Positions 58,880 through 64,000 of a stretch of DNA of 64,000 bases are shown here, in pieces. The notes under the pieces are model-generated. The model did no database searches. It saw only the letters and a list, made by a program, of their open reading frames with translations, and had not been told where the DNA came from. The stretch's first letter is position 1, and each line of letters begins with the position of its first letter. A program made the position numbers and the translations under genes. The DNA comes from Chrysomallon squamiferum (lineage: Eukaryota > Animalia > Mollusca): positions 9,548,001-9,612,000 of the forward strand of contig CM022665.1 of the NCBI GenBank assembly GCA_012295275.1. Reading direction: 5' to 3'.

Positions 58880-60467
58880 GAGTGACGAAAACCATATTAA
58901 AAGCAATATATATCGAAACAAAATTTTTTAGTGATGTTTTTAATTTTTGCTACTTATGGTACCCAAACAATCACATATTACAGGAAAAATTATGAATTTA
59001 AATAATTTTATATTATTATTAAATTGTACATACAATTTAAAAGGAAGTTTATTATACTTTTTACCAGAATTATTCAAATGAAAATCACGGTGTTTTGATG
59101 TGCCAACTGTCGAATCGTTCAGTATGTTATGCGACAGTAATCACCAAAATAACATTGTTGTGTGAAAGTCTAATCGGATGTGCACAAAAGAAACGATTAC
59201 ACAATGACAAAAGAAAAGAAAATGTCTAGTTTATTGGCTTAATAATACCATCAGTGTATGACGATGGTTTCATTATCCTGTTCTAAGCTTAAAATAAAAT
59301 TAAAATAATTTTAAAAATGTTTATTATTATATTTTTTAAATCTTCACATAGCGTTTGCGTCTCTAATATAGAATAAGGACGTCACAGTACCCGTGACCCA
59401 ACAGCTCAAAATACATCAGCTCTCGCAGTCAAGTGTCAGATGGGTTATTATTTATTTGTATGTTAATTTTCTAATATTGATGGTGTATAAAACATGTTTT
59501 ATATACGACCTGTATCTTTAAAAATATGCAAAATAAATAAAATAAAATAAAATAAAACAAATAATAAATAAATAATAAATAAATAAAATTGATGATGACC
59601 TGTTTATAAATTATTTATTGGTACTTTAGTAACTAATAAAAATAGAATGGATATATTTCAGAGACAACTCGTTTCGTATGTGTTAATCCTGCATCGTCAT
59701 AGCAGTGGTGTGAATTGATGGCTATTGTTGAAGGGAAAATACAAAGGTTCTTGGTTACTTTGATTATCTGTATTATTGTAGAACTGTAATGAAATATAAA
59801 AATTAAGCTAAGTAAAGGATGTATACTTATGTATACCAATGAACATAGTAATGAAAACACTTTCCATTGATGCCTTACATGGCTATTTATTTCATGAAAA
59901 TTAATGTGCCTTACAAACTGATTTTATAAGCATACAAAATTACAGTACAACACAAACAACAAAATGTGTGTGCTGTTTTACCTATATAAATATAGCCTAA
60001 ACAGCTACTGAATCCCTGTATTTTCAGTGCTATCATCCTATTTTATATTCAGGACACCCCAAAGCTTTGTTTGTTTGTTTGTTTTTGGGTTTTTTTAAAC
60101 TTAAAAAAGGTTTGTTAAAATGAAAGTGGTGTACGAAGTGTCACATGTAGCTCATGGTCTAACTCATTATTTTAGTTCTTATGACGTTCTGTTTATTGCA
60201 TTTTATTTCTAAATAAAAATACAAAAAAAAAAAAAAAAATTAAATTTAAAAAAATGAAATAATAATAACAGCAACAATAAAAAAAAAAATTTTAAGAAAA
60301 TAAACAACACTAATAAGAAGAAGATGAAGTCATTTATAAAATCAGTCTAGGTACAGAATAATTCTTTAACGAAGCTCAGTCTTTTAACTAAATGTTAACT
60401 ACAATGCCAATGTTACCACTTTTAAATATAGAAATCCACTTCTTTCTTTTTTTTTTTCTTTTTCTTC

Positions 60468-60498
<31 letters not shown>

Positions 60499-61340
60499 TC
60501 GCCACTACTATTTAAAACTGAACGATGGAAAAAATATTAAATAAGATAAAGATAATGTATTAAATTTTCACTTAATCTGTGGAATCCCCGGCAGCAGAAT
60601 CTTAAGCCCATGATGCATTAATCCGACACAACCGTTAAATTTAGCTAGAGTTAACGATAAACAAGAAACAAGAAAAAGCAAAAACAAAACCCCCCAATTA
60701 AACAAACAAACAAAACTAATGATATCTAATTACTTAGCTAGCTCATTGCTTTACGCAAAGCAATTAATATTCTTTTTCGTAACCAACTGCCGAATTCCTT
60801 TACCAGAATGTATTTTCTGAACACAGCCGACTTTTGGTTTACTTCGTAATTTGAAATATAACGCATAATGACGCACCTGTGATTCGTTACTTTGTTCGGT
60901 GATATCCGTCATCGTTTTGTCCTTCGTATCAGTGATTTAAAAAAAAAAAAATATAATTTTTAAAAATTCTGTTGGTGTTGTGAAAAAAAAAAAAAAAAAA
61001 AATATCAATACAGAAGAAGAAAAAATTAAATTCTTATCAACAATTGGTTTATTTGTTTCAGTTAATCAAGAGGTGATGTTTCTCCATTAAATTTGGTGAT
61101 AAATATGACGTCACTGGTTTCCCTCACCTGGCGATATTTACAAAAGAAATAAAGTGTGCGACTATTGACTGCGATAATTCTAATTTAGAAAACCACAAAA
61201 TACTAACCATGAAACTTATTTTCTGGTTGAAAGTACTTGAAGTCAATAATAAATAAATAATAATATCACTATTATAACGAATAAATTAATAATAATAAAA
61301 TAATAATAGTAATAAATAAAAATAGATAAATGAACAAATT

Positions 61341-61341
61341 A

Positions 61342-61400
<59 letters not shown>
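61341..61400. repeat. (AAT)n microsatellite
   Basis: Perfect run. Confidence 0.95.
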
Positions 61401-61404
<4 letters not shown>

Positions 61405-61634
61405 CTGGGAGTCATCTTTGTTTACCTTTTTCTTTGACATGTCTTTTTTACAAAGAAAATTAAACTAGTTGATACTGTTTGATTAAAATTTACATTAACT
61501 TTTATTTAAAAAATAAACGTGAAATTTCTTGTCAGAACTTGAGTAATAGTAACATTACTGAATTTTATAAATATATAATTCTCCTGTTTCTAATTTTTAA
61601 TGATTTACACCACATGTTTTAGTAATGTCTAATG

Positions 61635-61924
61635 CATAGGTTTTCAACGTAAGGGTCGCCAGCCTTTTTTCTGAGGGTCGCGTGATCGTTCTTGAGCGAA
61701 GGTATGTTTTAGCTTTTTTCATCTTGACTTGGAAGTGGAATAAATAAAAACATGTAGATAGGTTTGGGACCCGTCATAGTGAATATAGATTCCTTTTGTA
61801 CTGTCTTTGGTTGATGAAAATATGGTAACCCTAGATATTATTGAATCAAAATGTTTAAAGGGGTCATCGGTCATACTGAGTTGCTCATAAAAGGTCGCGG
61901 TATGAAAAAGGTTGACAACCAGTG
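61635..61924. mobile_element. hAT (Charlie-type) MITE
   Basis: Ends 'cataggttttcaac' / 'gttgacaaccagtg'. The 8-bp flanks gtctaatg / gtctaata match 7/8. Internal 'gggtcgc' subterminal motifs are present. Confidence 0.75.
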
Positions 61925-62186
61925 GTCTAATAGATCATCATGTTCAAATGAGTATTTGATGTACAGAATGCAAATCAATTTTAACCATTAGCTATTAAAC
62001 ATTAGGTAATAATATTATGGTATATATTTCATAATTAATGCTTCCACCAATTAATAACACATGACATATCATTTATAGGTAGTTTTATAATCAGGAAAGC
62101 AAGCATCTTAGGATATATTAAATTATGATGTAAATATTTGAATTTAGCCTATATGTAATTATAATTTGATTAAAATTTATCTTCAG

Positions 62187-62261
62187 GTGCTAAACAACAT
62201 TCATACAGTGAAGGTATCTGACAGGAATCAGGATGAGAGAACCTGGAACTTTTCTACCAGA
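62187..62261 (+). other. Candidate orphan exon (75 nt) of an unidentified plus-strand transcript
   Basis: 'tttatcttcag|GTG...ACCAGA|gtaagt' has consensus splice sites; a further acceptor 'tttgcag' ends at 62653. Confidence 0.35.
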
Positions 62262-64000
62262 GTAAGTAAACAGTTTACATCTGAATAATTTCTCCACCTG
62301 CTTCTTACGTGTGATAAAATATGTAAGTTGTAATCAGAAATGTAGCTGTGTTATGTTTTACTGAATACTATTGGTCATTACAAACAGTCCATGCAACAGC
62401 ATGGTAATCAGCATCCATAGAGATTGTTCTAGAATTTTTAATTATTCATGTAGTTTGTTTTCCAGTGGCCTTGAAGTATTTTTTATTATTATTTTTTTTG
62501 ACATATATTTATTATTATTATTATAGAAAATATTTTCATCAGAACCATATATTTTACAGTAATAATCACCGATTCACTGGTAGTTAATAAGTTAGTAATA
62601 TAGTAAGAACATTTGTTGAGTGAATTTTACTCTTTATTTATTTACATTTGCAGATAGCCTGTGCAGAAAGCTGATGAACAGTGCAAGTTGATAAAAAAAA
62701 AACTATCTCAAATATCATCACACAGAGTCACTGACCTTCATAGCATAGATTTGTTCTTCATTCTAGAAGACAATTTAATTTATTTGTACTTTAGCTTAAA
62801 CATAACATATTTTACATATCTTTATTGTTATAATCAGTTTTAAGCTTTAAAGTTTTATAATAAAAAGTAACCATTTTATTTTGGTTATCCATAAATACAC
62901 TGTATTGTACACATACATATATATTATGTCCGTCGTTTGTTCAAGAATAAATATATTTCATGCAAATACTGGAAATCTTACTATCTTGTTAAAAACGTTT
63001 TACTGTTGCTATGTAATATAACATATACGTACATGTATACCAATATATATTTAGATGTGATACATTACAGTTATTTTATTTAAAGTGAAATATTTACATT
63101 TTATTCTAAAATGGTTTATAATTATGTAAAATTATTAATGTATATATATAGCTTATTAAGAACCAGTAATTTCAGTCTTTCGGGAATTCTGGATTATCTT
63201 CAATTTCGAATCAACTGAACCGTGTCTTACCATTAGTGAAAATAAGACGCAAAGTTCTGCTTTAACAAATATGTAAGCATACCATAATAATAAAAACTCT
63301 TCCGTTTTGGAGTGACCACGAACATGTACACATGCACGCACACATACACACACGTTTATAATCACATCGCATCACGATACACGAGAAAATTATTTTAATT
63401 TTAATGACTGTTAAACAAACAAAAAACCATTCACACATTATGATGGTCGTTAAAGCGGACGAAGCACACGATAAACGTAGTTAACAGTCATTTAAGTATT
63501 AAAAAGAAGGGTTAATATTTTCAGTATAAAAAGGAAAGTCAGATTAAAAGAAAATAAAGACTGAGATAAATACAAAAACAAAAAAACAAAAAAAACAAAA
63601 CAAAAACAGAACAAGAATACTATAAAAAATTAAATTAGTTTATATTTGATGAACAAAACAGTGGAAAAATGACAAAGACATGAACGTTAAGAAAAAAAGC
63701 AAGAAAAAATGAAAAAGAAAAAACATTTTAACTAAACAGACTAGAATGTTTATTAAACGTTTATTAGTATGTAAACATATCCGTGTAACAAAGCTTTCAG
63801 TTTGTACAGACGGGAGCGTTCGTGCAGTACCCGTTTTATTGTACCATTATAAATTAATAATATTTTCCAGTATTTCATGTTATACTACAAAACATGTCCG
63901 TCTTAATCGATTAATAATTTATCATATGCTGGCAAAAGACTCCATGTTATCACGACAGCCCACTAATAGCCAGGTTTAAGGCGTTTAATACCGACATTAT

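Noticed and set aside
63156-63979. ORFs and CpG-richer sequence at the window end
   Set aside because: No recognisable protein motif or element boundary within the window.

Overview
AT-rich, intron-rich animal genomic DNA, probably an invertebrate; mollusc/gastropod is my inference from gene content and repeat style. I reconstructed four protein-coding genes by hand from GT/GC-AG boundaries and reading-frame continuity. (1) The 3' part of an NPHP3/TTC41-like TPR protein (+, 691-11105). (2) A predicted secreted, probably GPI-anchored protein with three tandem, one-exon-per-domain farnesoic-acid-O-methyltransferase-like (Methyltransf_FA-like) domains (-, 12479-20383). (3) A complete presenilin (-, 24410-31911). 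(4) Head-to-head with it, ABCC10/MRP7 (+, 33703-47284), with one probable homopolymer frameshift. The most unexplained structure is a ~7-kb strand-asymmetric, diverged array of ~53-54-bp monomers with higher-order organisation (about 50.3-57.2 kb). On the minus strand it lies between a duplicated 3' splice site and a poly(A) signal, so it looks like the giant terminal exon of a spliced transcript. The window also holds Tc1/mariner and hAT MITEs, a Tigger4-like element, SINE-like relics, intronic minisatellites (one made of copies of an ABCC10 splice acceptor) and many microsatellites. Most short ORFs in the supplied track are microsatellite or antisense artefacts. No database searches were run; family assignments come from motif recognition.
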